From an uncultured delta proteobacterium (lineage in GTDB: Bacteria > Desulfobacterota > BSN033 > UBA1163), in NCBI GenBank assembly GCA_963708295.1, contig CAVPSJ010000017.1, positions 64,001-128,000 of the forward strand: a stretch of DNA of 64,000 bases, read 5' to 3'. Each line of letters starts with the position of its first letter. Position 1 is the stretch's first letter. Made by a program: the position numbers and the translations under genes. Of this stretch, positions 21,262 through 32,598 are shown piece by piece. Under the pieces are notes generated by a model. It ran no database searches and had not been told where the DNA came from. It worked only from the letters and a program-made list of their open reading frames with translations.

Positions 21262-22128
21262 ATGGCTAATAAAACAACGAATCTTGTGACTCGGAGACTT
21301 TTTTTAAGACTTCTTTTGGGGCTTCCCCTACTCTCTCCTTTTCGCCTCCATGTTCCGGAGACATGGGCCTATCTTCCTTCCCGCCCAGGCAAAGAAAACA
21401 GGACCTCCATCGGTCAATTTTTCGAAGGAGAAGAACTTCAGTATGAAATTGGGCTCTGGGTGTTTCAGAAAGTGGCCGTGGGAAAAATAAGCTTCGAGGA
21501 AACGGGCAAAAAAGGCCGTTATCTGTCCACCCTTCAGGGGGAGACGTCGAGCGTCCTGGGATTTCCGGCACGTTATCGAATGGACATTTATCGCTCCATC
21601 ATGGAAGAAATGGACGGGGGGAAACGGCTGCGATCCATTTCCTTCGAAGAAGACGTGAAAATCGGAAGCAAGCGGAGGAGGCGAACCCACTTCCTCGATT
21701 ACCAGAAGCGAAAATGGATTCAAATCAGGCAAAGAAATGACGGTCCCAAGACAAGGGAAGAAACGGAGATCCCTCCGGGGATGGTCTACGACGATTTCGT
21801 CACCGCCACTTATAACTTCCGTTATGGCGCTTACGGGGAGATTGAGAGAGGGAAAACGTACAGGGTAGCTACTTTTCCAAAAAAAGGGGCGACCAGTTAT
21901 GAAGTGAGAGTGGCTTCCAGAGAGGAGGAAGAGAAGAAAAGGAAATCTGAGAGATCGAAGGAGGGTAAAGAATTTCTTCTTAAACTCCTTCTGGATGCAG
22001 AACTCACCCATTCCAAAGAGGGTCTGATTGAGGGGTGGTTATCGAAAGAGCTCTATCCCGTTGAAGGGAAGATCAAGGATGTGATCTTCTTCGGGGACGT
22101 GAAAGGAACGCTGATTAAGAAGATTTAA
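21262..22128 (+). CDS. DUF3108-like exported protein with Tat-like signal
   Basis: TRRLFL twin-arginine motif after ATG 21262; GEELQYEIG and beta-rich body. Confidence 0.65.
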   Translation: MANKTTNLVTRRLFLRLLLGLPLLSPFRLHVPETWAYLPSRPGKENRTSIGQFFEGEELQYEIGLWVFQKVAVGKISFEETGKKGRYLSTLQGETSSVLGFPARYRMDIYRSIMEEMDGGKRLRSISFEEDVKIGSKRRRRTHFLDYQKRKWIQIRQRNDGPKTREETEIPPGMVYDDFVTATYNFRYGAYGEIERGKTYRVATFPKKGATSYEVRVASREEEEKKRKSERSKEGKEFLLKLLLDAELTHSKEGLIEGWLSKELYPVEGKIKDVIFFGDVKGTLIKKI

Positions 22129-22180
22129 TTCCGGGTGTGGATCTTAAAATCATTAACTTAGATCGGCGGACCCAAGCCTT

Positions 22181-22705
22181 CTACTCCAGGATCGCCCGCC
22201 TCCCTTCGACGATCTTCGACTTCTCTTTCTTCAGCCTGCAAAACCTAACCCATCTCAGCGAGAGCGGATAGGCAACGACACTGAGGAGACTGCAGAGAAT
22301 CAAGGAGCCGATCAGAAAAGACATCAGGAGCCCCCATTGGGAGGTGATAGAACCCCAGAAAATCGAACTCATAAATCCTCGGTCCATTCCCAGTTGAAAA
22401 ACTTCTTTGAGTGTCGACCACTCCATCCGGAATCCCGTTACCCCCATTCCTACCCATGTGGCCATCATATAAAAGGGAACGAACCACCAGGGGCTATTCG
22501 TCCAGACTCCGAGAAGAATGGCCACCCGATTGAAACCGAACAGAAACGCGAAGGCTAAACCCAGGAGGGTGTGAAGGCCTAAGAAAGGCGAGAAACCGAG
22601 AAAGATCCCAATGGAATAGGCCAGCGCAGTTCTTTCAGGCGAGTCTTCGATATGCAGAAGTTTCTTAACGAGATCTTTGATAGAAGTCATTCTCCTGTCA
22701 GTCAA
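22181..22705 (-). CDS. DUF2062 membrane protein
   Basis: DSPERTALAYSIGIFLGFSPFLGLHT…WTNSPW. Confidence 0.85.
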   Translation of the reverse strand: MTDRRMTSIKDLVKKLLHIEDSPERTALAYSIGIFLGFSPFLGLHTLLGLAFAFLFGFNRVAILLGVWTNSPWWFVPFYMMATWVGMGVTGFRMEWSTLKEVFQLGMDRGFMSSIFWGSITSQWGLLMSFLIGSLILCSLLSVVAYPLSLRWVRFCRLKKEKSKIVEGRRAILE

Positions 22706-22732
22706 CCTGCCGCCTTATTTCTTAACCTTCCT

Positions 22733-23446
22733 TCACCGCATATGCAACATGGGGATGCGATGACCGAAATAGAGACACTTGCCCGAAAAGAAACAAAGAT
22801 CACAAGAGGGTTTCCTTGCCTTGCAGACCGACCTTCCAAATCGGATCAGGTTAAGGTGCAGGGACAAGGACTTTTTCCTTGGGATGAGAGGGCTCATCCA
22901 TTCATGAGCCTTTTCCGCATCCATCCTGTCTGGAATGAAACCGAGGCGCTTCCCGATCCGAAGGATATGAGTATCCACCGGAAAGGCCTCTCTTCCCAGG
23001 CCGAATAATAAAAGACAGTGAAGCGTTTTAGGACCGACGCCTTTCAGCGGGCCGATCGTGTCCTTGATTTCTTCTGAGTCCATCCTTCTCAAAAAGGAGA
23101 GACTCAATTTCCCCTGCCGTTTTTTGATCCAGTGAAGAATTTCACGGATGCGTCTCGCCTTCTGCACAGCCAGCCCACCCTCTCGGATAGCTGAAACGGT
23201 CCTTTTCATTTTCGCTTCGAGGACATCCTCCCAGCGGGGAAATCGTGTTTTCAATTTCTGATAAGCTTTGTCTCGATTTTGGTCGGTGGTATTCTGGGAA
23301 AGAATGGTCTCAATGAGAATATCGACGGGATTACCCGGAGGGGTCCTCCGGGGGATGCCATATTCCTTTTCGAGAAGGAGAGTGATTTTACTTAGCTTCG
23401 TCCTTAAAGGCTTACGTTCCAGCCATGACCTTTTTAATCTTCTCAC
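22733..23446 (-). CDS. Endonuclease III (HhH-GPD) family DNA glycosylase
   Basis: TILSQNTTD, LKGVGPKT, FPVDTHI, CKARKPSCDLCFFSGKC 4Fe-4S motif; start uncertain. Confidence 0.9.
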   Translation of the reverse strand: MRRLKRSWLERKPLRTKLSKITLLLEKEYGIPRRTPPGNPVDILIETILSQNTTDQNRDKAYQKLKTRFPRWEDVLEAKMKRTVSAIREGGLAVQKARRIREILHWIKKRQGKLSLSFLRRMDSEEIKDTIGPLKGVGPKTLHCLLLFGLGREAFPVDTHILRIGKRLGFIPDRMDAEKAHEWMSPLIPRKKSLSLHLNLIRFGRSVCKARKPSCDLCFFSGKCLYFGHRIPMLHMR

Positions 23447-24620
23447 TCAATTTTCCCTTAAGAAAATCCTTCATTCGTTCTTTCACCTTTTCGACAAAAC
23501 CTTGATAGGTTTCGTTTCCTTCCAGTACTTGTACGTAAATTTCCCCAAGCTCCGGATAGCGCTTCAGGGTTCCGTAGGCCAATTTCGTAAAACGAAAAAC
23601 GATATGAGAGAGAGCAAGCGCCCATTTCAGGTTCTCGCAGATGTCCAGATGAACGGCCTTTTGATAAAAATCAGAAGGAACGATTCCTTCTTTTTTCCAT
23701 TCCAGGATCGATTCGGCAGCCAGCATTCCGCTCCGAACGGCATAGTAGATTCCCTCTCCCTGGAGAGGGTCCATCAGATGGGCTGCATCCCCGACGAGGA
23801 GAAACCTTCCCTGCGAGACCTTCTGTCTCTCATCGTAAAAAGAGGGGAGGAGATGGCCCATCACTTTTCCTGGCTCCCCTTCCGGGAGATAGCTTAGTCC
23901 TTTGACGAAGGATTTGAAGTAATGGCGGGGGTTCATTTTCTTGGTCTCTCTAAACATTCCGCCGATACCGATGGAGAGCCATTCCTTTTTTGGGAATACC
24001 CAACCATATCCGTTCGGAACGCTCCCGAAATCCAGGTGGACGAACTTAAGCTCCTCTTTCGGAAAAGGAATGGATGAGTTGAAGGGAGTCTCGCTCTCGA
24101 CGGCAATCCCGTATCCGCCGTTCTTCTGCGGCCGCAAGGATAAAAACCTGGCCACCATGCTTTCTGATCCATCTGCTCCGATCAGGACCTGGCAGCGGAA
24201 TTTCATCCCACTGGCCAATTCTACGTTCACCCCATCGGCCCTTTCTCCGACTTTGGTCACCTTCTCCCCGTCCAGTACCTTCGTGCCAGCCTCCAGCGCC
24301 CTGTTGATGAGAAAATGATCAAAACGATCCCTCATGACCAGAAATGCGATTGGGTTTCTAGATTCGATGAAAAAGGGATCTTCCGAACAATAGGTGAATT
24401 TTGCTCCATAGATGGTGTTCTCAATGACCGGACTCAGATCAAAGCCGAGCAAGCGAACCGTTTTGGCGGAAAGGCAACCCCCGCAGGGTTTGTATCTGGG
24501 GAGCCGTTCCTTCTCGATCAGGAGCGTTTTCACCCCGGCCTCGGCACAAAGCCTTGCCGCCGTTGATCCCCCCGGCCCTCCGCCCACGACAATGACATCA
24601 TAGTCCGGATTCATGTCCAT
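23412..24620 (-). CDS. Geranylgeranyl reductase family flavoprotein
   Basis: VVGGGPGGS, PRYKPCGG, IGADG, GYGWVFPK, VGDAAHLMDPLQGEGIYYA. Confidence 0.9.
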   Translation of the reverse strand: MDMNPDYDVIVVGGGPGGSTAARLCAEAGVKTLLIEKERLPRYKPCGGCLSAKTVRLLGFDLSPVIENTIYGAKFTYCSEDPFFIESRNPIAFLVMRDRFDHFLINRALEAGTKVLDGEKVTKVGERADGVNVELASGMKFRCQVLIGADGSESMVARFLSLRPQKNGGYGIAVESETPFNSSIPFPKEELKFVHLDFGSVPNGYGWVFPKKEWLSIGIGGMFRETKKMNPRHYFKSFVKGLSYLPEGEPGKVMGHLLPSFYDERQKVSQGRFLLVGDAAHLMDPLQGEGIYYAVRSGMLAAESILEWKKEGIVPSDFYQKAVHLDICENLKWALALSHIVFRFTKLAYGTLKRYPELGEIYVQVLEGNETYQGFVEKVKERMKDFLKGKLSEKIKKVMAGT

Positions 24621-24674
24621 GATTCTAAGCTAATTTGAGCAAAATTACCACGAAATCCAGATTTGTCAACACTC

Positions 24675-25724
24675 TCATTTTATCATCTGAGCAACATATT
24701 CGCCGATGGCAGGGGCAGCCGTCAGCCCCGGAGACTCAATCCCCAGGAGATGGACCCTCCCCTTCTCTTGCTTCTGTATCACAAAATCTTCTTGCAATTC
24801 GCCGTGATAGTAGACCTTCGGGCGATTGCCCGAATAGCCTGGATAGATCTTGTGGGCGTTAAAATCAGGGATCAAGGTGAGGGCCCCTTTCTCGAATTCT
24901 TCACGGGGCGTCGTCACCTCATAATCCTCTTTATTCCTTGCTTTGATACCCGAAGGGCCGATCAGGGTTTCTTCTCCAAGCGTCCGAGTCAGGTGGATTC
25001 CAAGCGTGTGGGGAGAATCAGGAACAGGATAGACCAGCCCTCGGATGATCTCTTCGGTCGTATTATAATAATCCCCCTTGTGGGGAGTGATTACGTATCC
25101 CTCGAGGCCGCACATCGCTGCGATGGTGTCGCTGTGAAGGCCTGCGGCGTTGATGATGATCTCCGTCTCCATTTTACCCCGGGTCGTGGTGAGGGTATTA
25201 TGATCGTCAACGGATAGGGCCTTGCATTGCTTTACGACCGTTACCCCCGATTCTTTCAGGGCCCTTTCGATCATTCTCATGTAGCCGGCCATGTCAAGAA
25301 TTCCGGTTTCAGGAGAGCAGAGGGCGGCTAAGCACCTCACCCTGGGCTCGATCTTTTGAGCCTCGGCCCCATCGATGAGCCTCAAATTTTCCACGCCGTT
25401 TTCATCCCCTCGCTTCTTAAGGTCCTCCAGTGCCTTCAATTCGGCATGAACCAGGGCGACGATGAGCTTGCCGCATTTTCGATGGGGGATGTCGTGGTTC
25501 TTCAGGAATTCATAGGTCAAATGGCGGCCTCGAACACATAATCGGGCCTTGAGGGACCCCTGAGGATAATAGATGCCTCCATGAATGACGCCGCTGTTTC
25601 GTGTGCTCGTGTGTTCCCCTAAGGCCTTCTCCTTTTCCAGGAGAAAAACTTCTTTTCCCCCTTGCGCCAAACGATAGGCGATGCAGCATCCGACGATGCC
25701 ACCGCCGATCACAGCAATCCCCAT
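24675..25724 (-). CDS. FAD-dependent oxidoreductase (L-2-hydroxyglutarate oxidase-like)
   Basis: IGGGIVG, TSTRNSGVIHGGIYY, INAAGL, VYPVP, LGIH, GIESPGLTA. Confidence 0.88.
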   Translation of the reverse strand: MGIAVIGGGIVGCCIAYRLAQGGKEVFLLEKEKALGEHTSTRNSGVIHGGIYYPQGSLKARLCVRGRHLTYEFLKNHDIPHRKCGKLIVALVHAELKALEDLKKRGDENGVENLRLIDGAEAQKIEPRVRCLAALCSPETGILDMAGYMRMIERALKESGVTVVKQCKALSVDDHNTLTTTRGKMETEIIINAAGLHSDTIAAMCGLEGYVITPHKGDYYNTTEEIIRGLVYPVPDSPHTLGIHLTRTLGEETLIGPSGIKARNKEDYEVTTPREEFEKGALTLIPDFNAHKIYPGYSGNRPKVYYHGELQEDFVIQKQEKGRVHLLGIESPGLTAAPAIGEYVAQMIK

Positions 25725-25991
25725 GGATTGTTTCCTTTCAAGAAATGAATTGTGGCTGGTTAGCTATCCTCGAACAATAAGAATCACAACAGTTCCCGTC
25801 TTCCCCTAAATTTATATCATAACTCTCTGGATCATTTATATCATTTTTTGTTTTTCGGCCTAAACATGGACACCTGCGAACCTATTCAAGGGTCAAGGCA
25901 TGTTGTTCAAGGTGATCAAATCCCTCAGTGATGAGTTCGAGTAATCTAAATGTAACCTCAAGGGCAAATTTTCTCAGCATAATTATGAAAT

Positions 25992-26022
25992 CCCCCTTTA
26001 TCCCCCTTTGCCAAAAGGGGGA
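25992..26022. repeat. CCCCCTTT…AAAGGGGG REP-like hairpin
   Basis: ccccctttatccccctttgccaaaaggggga. Confidence 0.5.
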
Positions 26023-26107
26023 TGAGAATACCCGAGACTGAGGGGGCTACTGTTCAAGACTATCCCTCATTGGAAAAGGAGGATTCGTCAGGTATAATAA
26101 TAGAATT

Positions 26108-27442
26108 ATGAAAGAAACGGCCTGCCTTGTCAGTCTGGGATGTCCGAAGAACCTCGTCGATTCCGAAGTGATGCTTGGCCTGCTTTCGAAAGAAGGCCAT
26201 CCTTTGACGACCGATCCTTTGAAGGCTGAAATAATCATCGTCAACACGTGCTCCTTTATTGAGGAGTCGACGAAAGAGGCCGTTGAAACCATTCTTCAAC
26301 TCTCCCGTCTCAAGAAGGAAGGCCGCTGCCGTCTTCTGATCGTTTCCGGATGTCTTCCCCAGCGATATGGGAAAGTGTTGGAAAAAGAATTGCCCGAGGT
26401 GGACCTCTTCGTCGGCACCGGGGCGTTTCAAAACCTTCCCAAATTGTTGTCCCAGAAACAGAAACGGAAGAGTTACGTTCCCAAATCCGGTTTTCTCTAT
26501 AATGATAAGACACCTCGCATTCTCTCGACCCCTCCTTTTATCGCTTACCTGAAGATTGCGGAGGGCTGTTCGAATACATGCACCTTTTGCACCGTTCCGA
26601 AGATCAGGGGCAGATATCAAAGCAGAAAGCTCCGATCCATTCTGGAGGAGGCCAGAAGGCTTGCGGATCAAGGAGTTCAGGAACTCATCCTGATCGCCCA
26701 GGATACGACGGGTTACGGAAGAGACCTCCGGGATGGAACCAATTTGGAAAAGCTCCTGAAATCCCTCGTCAGGGTGGATGGGCTTCGCTGGATTCGAATG
26801 CTCTATTCCTACCCCAGGGCAGACCATTTCACGGACGGGCTTCTTGAACTCATCGCCCGGGAAGAAAAGATCTGTCCTTATCTTGACCTCCCCCTGCAGC
26901 ATATCGATGACGAAATCCTTAAACGGATGGGGCGAAGAACAAAGGGTGAAGAGATTCGGAATCTCTTCAAGAAGATTAGAGCCTTTGTTCCGGAAGTCAG
27001 CTTGCGTTCCTCATTGATCGTAGGCTTTCCGGGGGAAAAGGAAAGTCAATTCAAGGCCCTCCTGGATTTTGTGGAGGAGGCTCAGTTCGATCATGTCGGC
27101 GCCTTCAAATATTCTCCTGAAGAGGGAACGCCTGCTTCCCGACTTCCCCACCCCATTCCGGAGAGCGTGAGAGAGGAGCGTCTCAGAACCCTGATGCAGA
27201 TTCAGAAAAAGATCTCTCTCAAAAAATACAAGAAGATGGTCGGCCAGAAGAAGGTGGTTCTGGTCGAGGGGCCGCAGCAGGGACGGGGAATTCTCAGGGG
27301 GAGACTTCAAACCCAGGCTCCTGAGATTGATGGCTCCGTTCTCTTGAATGGAAAAGCGAAACCCGGCAACTGGGTGGAAGCCCGAATCACCCAGGCCCTC
27401 CCTTACGACCTGGTCGCCCAGATCGAGAAAGTCCTGCCTTGA
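26108..27442 (+). CDS. rimO: Ribosomal protein S12 methylthiotransferase RimO
   Basis: SLGCPKNLVDSE, NTCSFI, KIAEGCSNTCTFC radical SAM motif, QAPEIDG. Confidence 0.95.
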   Translation: MKETACLVSLGCPKNLVDSEVMLGLLSKEGHPLTTDPLKAEIIIVNTCSFIEESTKEAVETILQLSRLKKEGRCRLLIVSGCLPQRYGKVLEKELPEVDLFVGTGAFQNLPKLLSQKQKRKSYVPKSGFLYNDKTPRILSTPPFIAYLKIAEGCSNTCTFCTVPKIRGRYQSRKLRSILEEARRLADQGVQELILIAQDTTGYGRDLRDGTNLEKLLKSLVRVDGLRWIRMLYSYPRADHFTDGLLELIAREEKICPYLDLPLQHIDDEILKRMGRRTKGEEIRNLFKKIRAFVPEVSLRSSLIVGFPGEKESQFKALLDFVEEAQFDHVGAFKYSPEEGTPASRLPHPIPESVREERLRTLMQIQKKISLKKYKKMVGQKKVVLVEGPQQGRGILRGRLQTQAPEIDGSVLLNGKAKPGNWVEARITQALPYDLVAQIEKVLP

Positions 27443-27679
27443 ATCTTTAGATACCAGACTGGAATAAATGACCCATCCTATCGGAAGCGGTGTATGTCTA
27501 GCGAACGGGGAAATGACACTTGACACAATCAATCAAGAAGACCCTTCCCGCGGGTGACCGTTCCTCGTTCCACCATCTTCATGTGATGCCACCGCTGTAA
27601 CTCCTTTTGAACCAATAGGATCCTTCCCGCCTTCCAAGGGATATTCCCCCGAAGCCACATGCGGAAACTGCCTTTTCCC

Positions 27680-27708
27680 TTGACGGATATGGCAAAATGG
27701 GTTAGTTT
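27680..27708 (+). promoter_or_regulatory. Putative sigma70 promoter of lysS
   Basis: TTGACG-17 nt-TAGTTT. Confidence 0.45.
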
Positions 27709-27780
27709 GGAAAGTCTTAAGAAGTTATTAAATCTTAATGAGATTCATATCATAGACAAGGTTGCCTCGGAGCGGAGAAG

Positions 27781-29266
27781 ATGGACGAGACGAGTGAACT
27801 GATCCAGCAGAGGATCAAGAAACTGGAGGCCCTGAGAAAGGACGCAATCGATCCTTATCCAAATGATTTCAGGGTGACCCATACCTCCAGAGACCTTCAC
27901 GGGACCTATGGCTCGCTCTCTGATGAGGAGTTGAAATCAGTCGAAGAGACCTTCTGCCTCGCGGGTCGGATCATGGCCCTCCGTAACTTCGGGAAGGCCA
28001 GCTTTATCCAAATCCAGGACCGAAAGGGGAGAATCCAGGCTTACCTGCGAAAGGATTTTGTCGGCGATGCCGCTTTTCAACTTTTTAAAACACTCGATCT
28101 CGGAGATTTTATCGGGGTCGAGGGAAAAATCTTTCGGACGAAGACGGGTGAACTCACCCTCCAGGCTCAGAACTTCAAGCTTCTCGTGAAGTCTCTTCGG
28201 CCTCTTCCCGAGAAATGGCACGGTTTGACCGACATCGAAGCCCGTTATCGTCAACGTTATTTAGATCTGATTGTGAATCCCAGGGTCAAAGAGATTTTCC
28301 TCACGCGGAGCCAAGGCCATTCAAATGATTCGAGACTTCTTTACCCGCCGGGAATATACGGAGGTGGAGACTCCGATGCTTCACCCGATTCCCGGAGGCG
28401 CGACTGCCAAGCCTTTTAAGACCCACCATAATGCCCTCGACATGGAACTCTATCTGCGAGTCGCTCCCGAACTCTTCCTCAAACGATTAGTGATCGGAGG
28501 ACTCGAAAGGATCTTCGAGATCAATCGCTGTTTTCGGAACGAAGGGATCTCCACGCTGCACAATCCCGAATTCACCATGCTCGAGTTCTACCAGAGTTAT
28601 GCGACCTTTGAAGAGATGATCAAAATGACGGAGGAGCTTCTCTCCTCCATTGTCAAAGAAATTCATGGCGGACTCCACCTTCCCTACCAGGGGAGGGAGA
28701 TCGATTTCACCCCTCCGTGGAGAAGGATCCTCTACAAAGATTCGCTTTTGGAATATGGAAAGGTTGATCCGGTGATCATGAAGGAGCCCTCCCGCGCGAT
28801 CGAATTAGCCAAGAGCCTCGGCCTTGAACTGAGACGGGGAACCTCCCATGGGAAGGTTCTCGACGATCTCTTTAAGGAACTCGTCGAGCCCCATCTCGTT
28901 CAACCGACGTTTGTGACTCATTACCCCACCGAGGTCTCCCCCCTCTCCCGCCGGAACGGGAAGGATCCCGAGGTGGTCGATCGATTCGAGCTCTTCATCG
29001 CCGGGCGGGAAATCGCCAACGGTTTCTCTGAATTGAATGACCCTGTGGATCAACGGGAACGCTTTGTCCGGCAGCTGAAGGAGCGTGCCGATGAGGCCGA
29101 TGCGGTTCTCAACCTCGACGAGGACTTTCTTCGGGCTCTCGAATTCGGAATGCCTCCGACGGCCGGCGAAGGAATTGGGATTGATCGCTGGGTCATGCTC
29201 CTCACCGATGCGCCTTCCATCCGAGACGTCATCTTCTTCCCCTTACTTCGAACGGAGAAACCCTAA
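27781..29266 (+). CDS. lysS: Lysine--tRNA ligase, class II (one apparent extra base at about 28311)
   Basis: PLPEKWHGL…RYRQRYLDLI; ETPMLH..GGATAKPF, FRNEGIS, GMPPTAGEGIGIDR. Confidence 0.95.
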
Positions 29267-29372
29267 GGGATTGATCGGGGAATGAAGGGATTCGTTTCTT
29301 TGAAGTATTCAGGAGATTGAGGAAAAGGGGATATAACCCAAAATTCCTCAATTCTCAGATTCGGGAACCCAT

Positions 29373-30624
29373 ATGAAGTATGAGTGGTTTATCGGCCTGA
29401 GGTATCTCAAGGCCAAAAGAAAACAGACCTTCATCTCGATCATCACGATCATCTCCATCGTCGGGGTCGCCGTAGGGGTCATGGCCCTGATCATCGTTCT
29501 GGCCGTGATGAGCGGCTTCGAAAAGACCCTCAAGGAAAAAATCCTGGGTACCCAGGCCCACCTCGTTGTGCTAAAGGCCGGTCCGGAAGGCATGGATCAT
29601 TACGAAGAGGTGTTGAAACAGGTTCAGGAGGTGAAAGGCGTCGTCTCCGCCGCCCCGTTCATTTTCAATCAGGTCATGCTCTCATCAGAAGCCAATGTCA
29701 CCGGCGGGGTGGTAAAAGGCATCGATCCGGATCGAGTGGGAAAAGTCACCGAATTGGCCCACAACATGAAGACCGGCCGTCTTCAAGACCTGAAGGGAGA
29801 TGGCGACTTCTCCGGGCATTGTCCTCGGGGTGGAATTAGCGAAGCATCTCGGTGTCTCACTCAACGATGTAATCCAGGTGATCTCCCCTCTCGGGACCAT
29901 CACCCCCATGGGGATGATGCCCAAGATGAAGCGGTTTCGTGTCGTGGGCATCTTTTACTCGGGAATGTACGAGTATGACAACACCATGGCCTATCTTTCC
30001 ATCGGAGGGGCCCAGAAGTTCTTCGGCATGGGAGCTCGTGTCACGGGCATCGAGATCAAAACCATCGATCTCTATAAAGTGAAAGAGATCGGCAGGGCGA
30101 TCCGGAAAAAGCTGGGATTTCCTTTCTGGACCAAGGACTGGATGGAGATGAACAGAAATCTCTTCTCTGCCCTGAGGCTGGAGAAGATCGCCATGTTCAT
30201 CATTCTCGTCTTGATCGTTTTAGTGGCCGCCTTCAACATCATCTCCACGCTCATCATGGTGGTCATGGAGAAGCATAAGGATATTGCCATTCTAAAATCC
30301 ATGGGGGCCTCCTCCATGGGGATCTTGAAGATCTTTATCATCGAAGGCGGGGTGATCGGCGTCGTCGGAACATTCATCGGGGCGATGCTCGGGCTTTTGG
30401 CTGCCTTCAATTTGGAGAAGATCACAGGGTTTGTTGAAAACTTATTCGGATTTAAGATTCTTGCGAGCGATGTCTACTATATTGATAAACTCCCTTCCCA
30501 GGTGAATCCTGTCGATATCACACTGATCGTGATGACGGCGATTCTCATCAGTCTCCTGGCGACCCTGTATCCTTCCTGGAGGGCGTCGAAGCTCGACCCT
30601 GCCGAGGCACTGCGATATGAATAA
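29373..30624 (+). CDS. lolE: Lipoprotein-releasing ABC transporter permease LolC/E (indel at about 29810)
   Basis: FIGLRYLKAKRKQTFIS…VLAVMSGF; VAAFNIIS, IAILKSMGA, YPSWRASKLDPAEALRYE. Confidence 0.92.
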
Positions 30625-31796
30625 GAAAAAGATGTCTTTGAAGTCAAAGGCCCAGCTCGCCCTCTCGCGGGGGGAATGGAAAAAGGCGCTCGAATGCTTC
30701 CGGGGTCATTGCCTCAAGGAACCGAGGGACCTTCGGGCACGGCTCAAGGTAGCCGAACTGCTGGAGCGGTTGGGTCAGAAGGAAGAGGCCGTCCAGATGT
30801 TCCGAAAAGTGGCCGAGGGCTATGCTTCGGATGGTTTTATTCTTCAAGCCATCTCCGTCAACAAGATGATCTTAAGGATGAATCCTTCCTCGAAAGACGC
30901 GAGTGAACGGTTGGCGCAACTTTATTCGGAAAAAATCAGAGAGGCAAAACCCGCCCGTCCGTTTCCACCACTCCCGCTCTTCCCCGACCTCCAGAAGGAG
31001 GAACTCCAATCCTTCCTCTCCTATATCCGGAGCAAAACCTATCCCAAAGACGCCCTGGTCTGCCAAGAGGGAGAAGGAGGGGGATCCCTCTTCGTCATCA
31101 GTCGGGGAGAGGTCGCGATTTTCAAGCGGGCGCCGGGGGGGAGAGGGATCCGGGTTGGAAACCTCAAGGATGGGGATTTGTTCGGAGAGTTCGGGTTTTT
31201 CATCGATCAAAAAAGACACGCCACCGTCAAGACCATGACCACCTGTGAACTCCTGGAGATCTCCAGAAATGGATTCCGTGAGATGGTCAAGGTTCACCCG
31301 AGATTGAATGAGGTGCTCCAGAACCTTTTCAAAGAACGCGTACTGGACAACTTCCTCGCCCTCTCTCCTTTATTCTCTTCCCTCACTTTTGACGAAAGAA
31401 GGAAGGTGATGGAGCGGTTTCATCTTCGCCGGGCCCCGGAGGGGACCCTGCTCTTCAAGAGGGGGATCCTTCCGCCTCATCTTTATGGTGAGAAATGGAG
31501 AAGTGGAGATCTTTACTCAAAACGGTCGCGGGAAAAAAGTAAGATTGGCACTCCTGCAAAGCGGAAATATTTTCGGTGAGATCGGGCTTCTCTTCGACAG
31601 GCCCCGGATGGCCAGTGCGAGGACCACCCGTCCTACAAAATTGTTTGAAATCACCCAGGAGGATTTTAAAGCCTGCCTTCTCCAAATCCCCAGCCTTCGG
31701 GTGAAACTCAAAGCTGTTTCTCTGAAGCGCCTCTCTCGGACGAAGGAACTTCTTTCCCAAGAAGCCATTCAAAAGGCGAGGGAGGCGATGGTTTGA
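30617..31796 (+). CDS. TPR plus tandem cyclic-nucleotide-binding domain protein (indel at about 31460-31480)
   Basis: N-terminal TPR-like helices; GDLFGEFGF…RHATV and GNIFGEIGLL…RMASAR cNMP cassettes; overlaps both neighbours. Confidence 0.85.
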
Positions 31797-32467
31797 AAGA
31801 ATTGGTTGAAGTCCAGAAAATTTTTAAGTCCTATGGAAACGGAACCAAACGCGTGGAGGTTCTCAAGGGGGTCGATCTCGTTTTTTCTCGGGGAGAGAAG
31901 GCTGCCATCGTCGGTGCCTCCGGCGTTGGGAAGACAACCCTTCTTCATGTCCTGGGCACGCTCGATCGACCGACGGCCGGGAAGGTCCTCTTTGAGGGAA
32001 AGGACGTTTATACGCTGAATGAAAAGGATCTTGCCTTTTTTCGAAATCGAGAGATCGGATTTGTTTTTCAATTTCATCACCTCCTTCCCGAATTTACTGC
32101 CTTGGAAAATACGATGATGCCCTGTCTGATCCGAGGGATCTCGAAGGAGGAGGCCATTTCTCGGGCGGAAGCGATTCTCACTCTGGTGGGCCTCAAAGAA
32201 CGTGTCTCTCATAAACCGGGGGAACTGTCCGGAGGGGAACAGCAAAGGGTGGCCGTCGCGAGGGCGTTGGTTTTGGAGCCGAAAGTCCTGCTGGCGGATG
32301 AACCCACCGGAAACCTGGACACGAAAACAGGCGAGTCCGTCTTTGATCTTCTTCAGGAATTGAATCGGATCAAGGAGGTCACTCTCATTGTCGTGACCCA
32401 CAACTTAAAATTGGCTGAAAAACTGTCCCGCCAGATCCAGCTCATCGATGGAAAGGCACTGGGATAG
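31793..32467 (+). CDS. lolD: Lipoprotein-releasing ABC transporter ATPase LolD
   Basis: GASGVGKT, FVFQFHHLLPEF, LSGGEQQR, LADEPTGNLD. Confidence 0.95.
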   Translation: MKELVEVQKIFKSYGNGTKRVEVLKGVDLVFSRGEKAAIVGASGVGKTTLLHVLGTLDRPTAGKVLFEGKDVYTLNEKDLAFFRNREIGFVFQFHHLLPEFTALENTMMPCLIRGISKEEAISRAEAILTLVGLKERVSHKPGELSGGEQQRVAVARALVLEPKVLLADEPTGNLDTKTGESVFDLLQELNRIKEVTLIVVTHNLKLAEKLSRQIQLIDGKALG

Positions 32468-32598
32468 AGTGTGTCTCCTTTACAAAAGGAGCGGAATTTG
32501 ATATTTAAATGAAAATTTTGTCATCCCATCCGTTCCGCTACGTCAGTTGGCACAAGAGAATTCGTGTCCGAATTCAAAGAAGGGGAAGGAACTGACAG

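Noticed and set aside
27498-27580. CVKCH heme motif on the minus strand between rimO and lysS
   Set aside because: It lies in a very short frame with no convincing start, RBS or signal peptide; likely chance
28300-28330. Programmed frameshift in lysS
   Set aside because: No slippery heptamer or stimulatory signal; removing one C restores TRSKAIQMIR; many similar indels occur elsewhere
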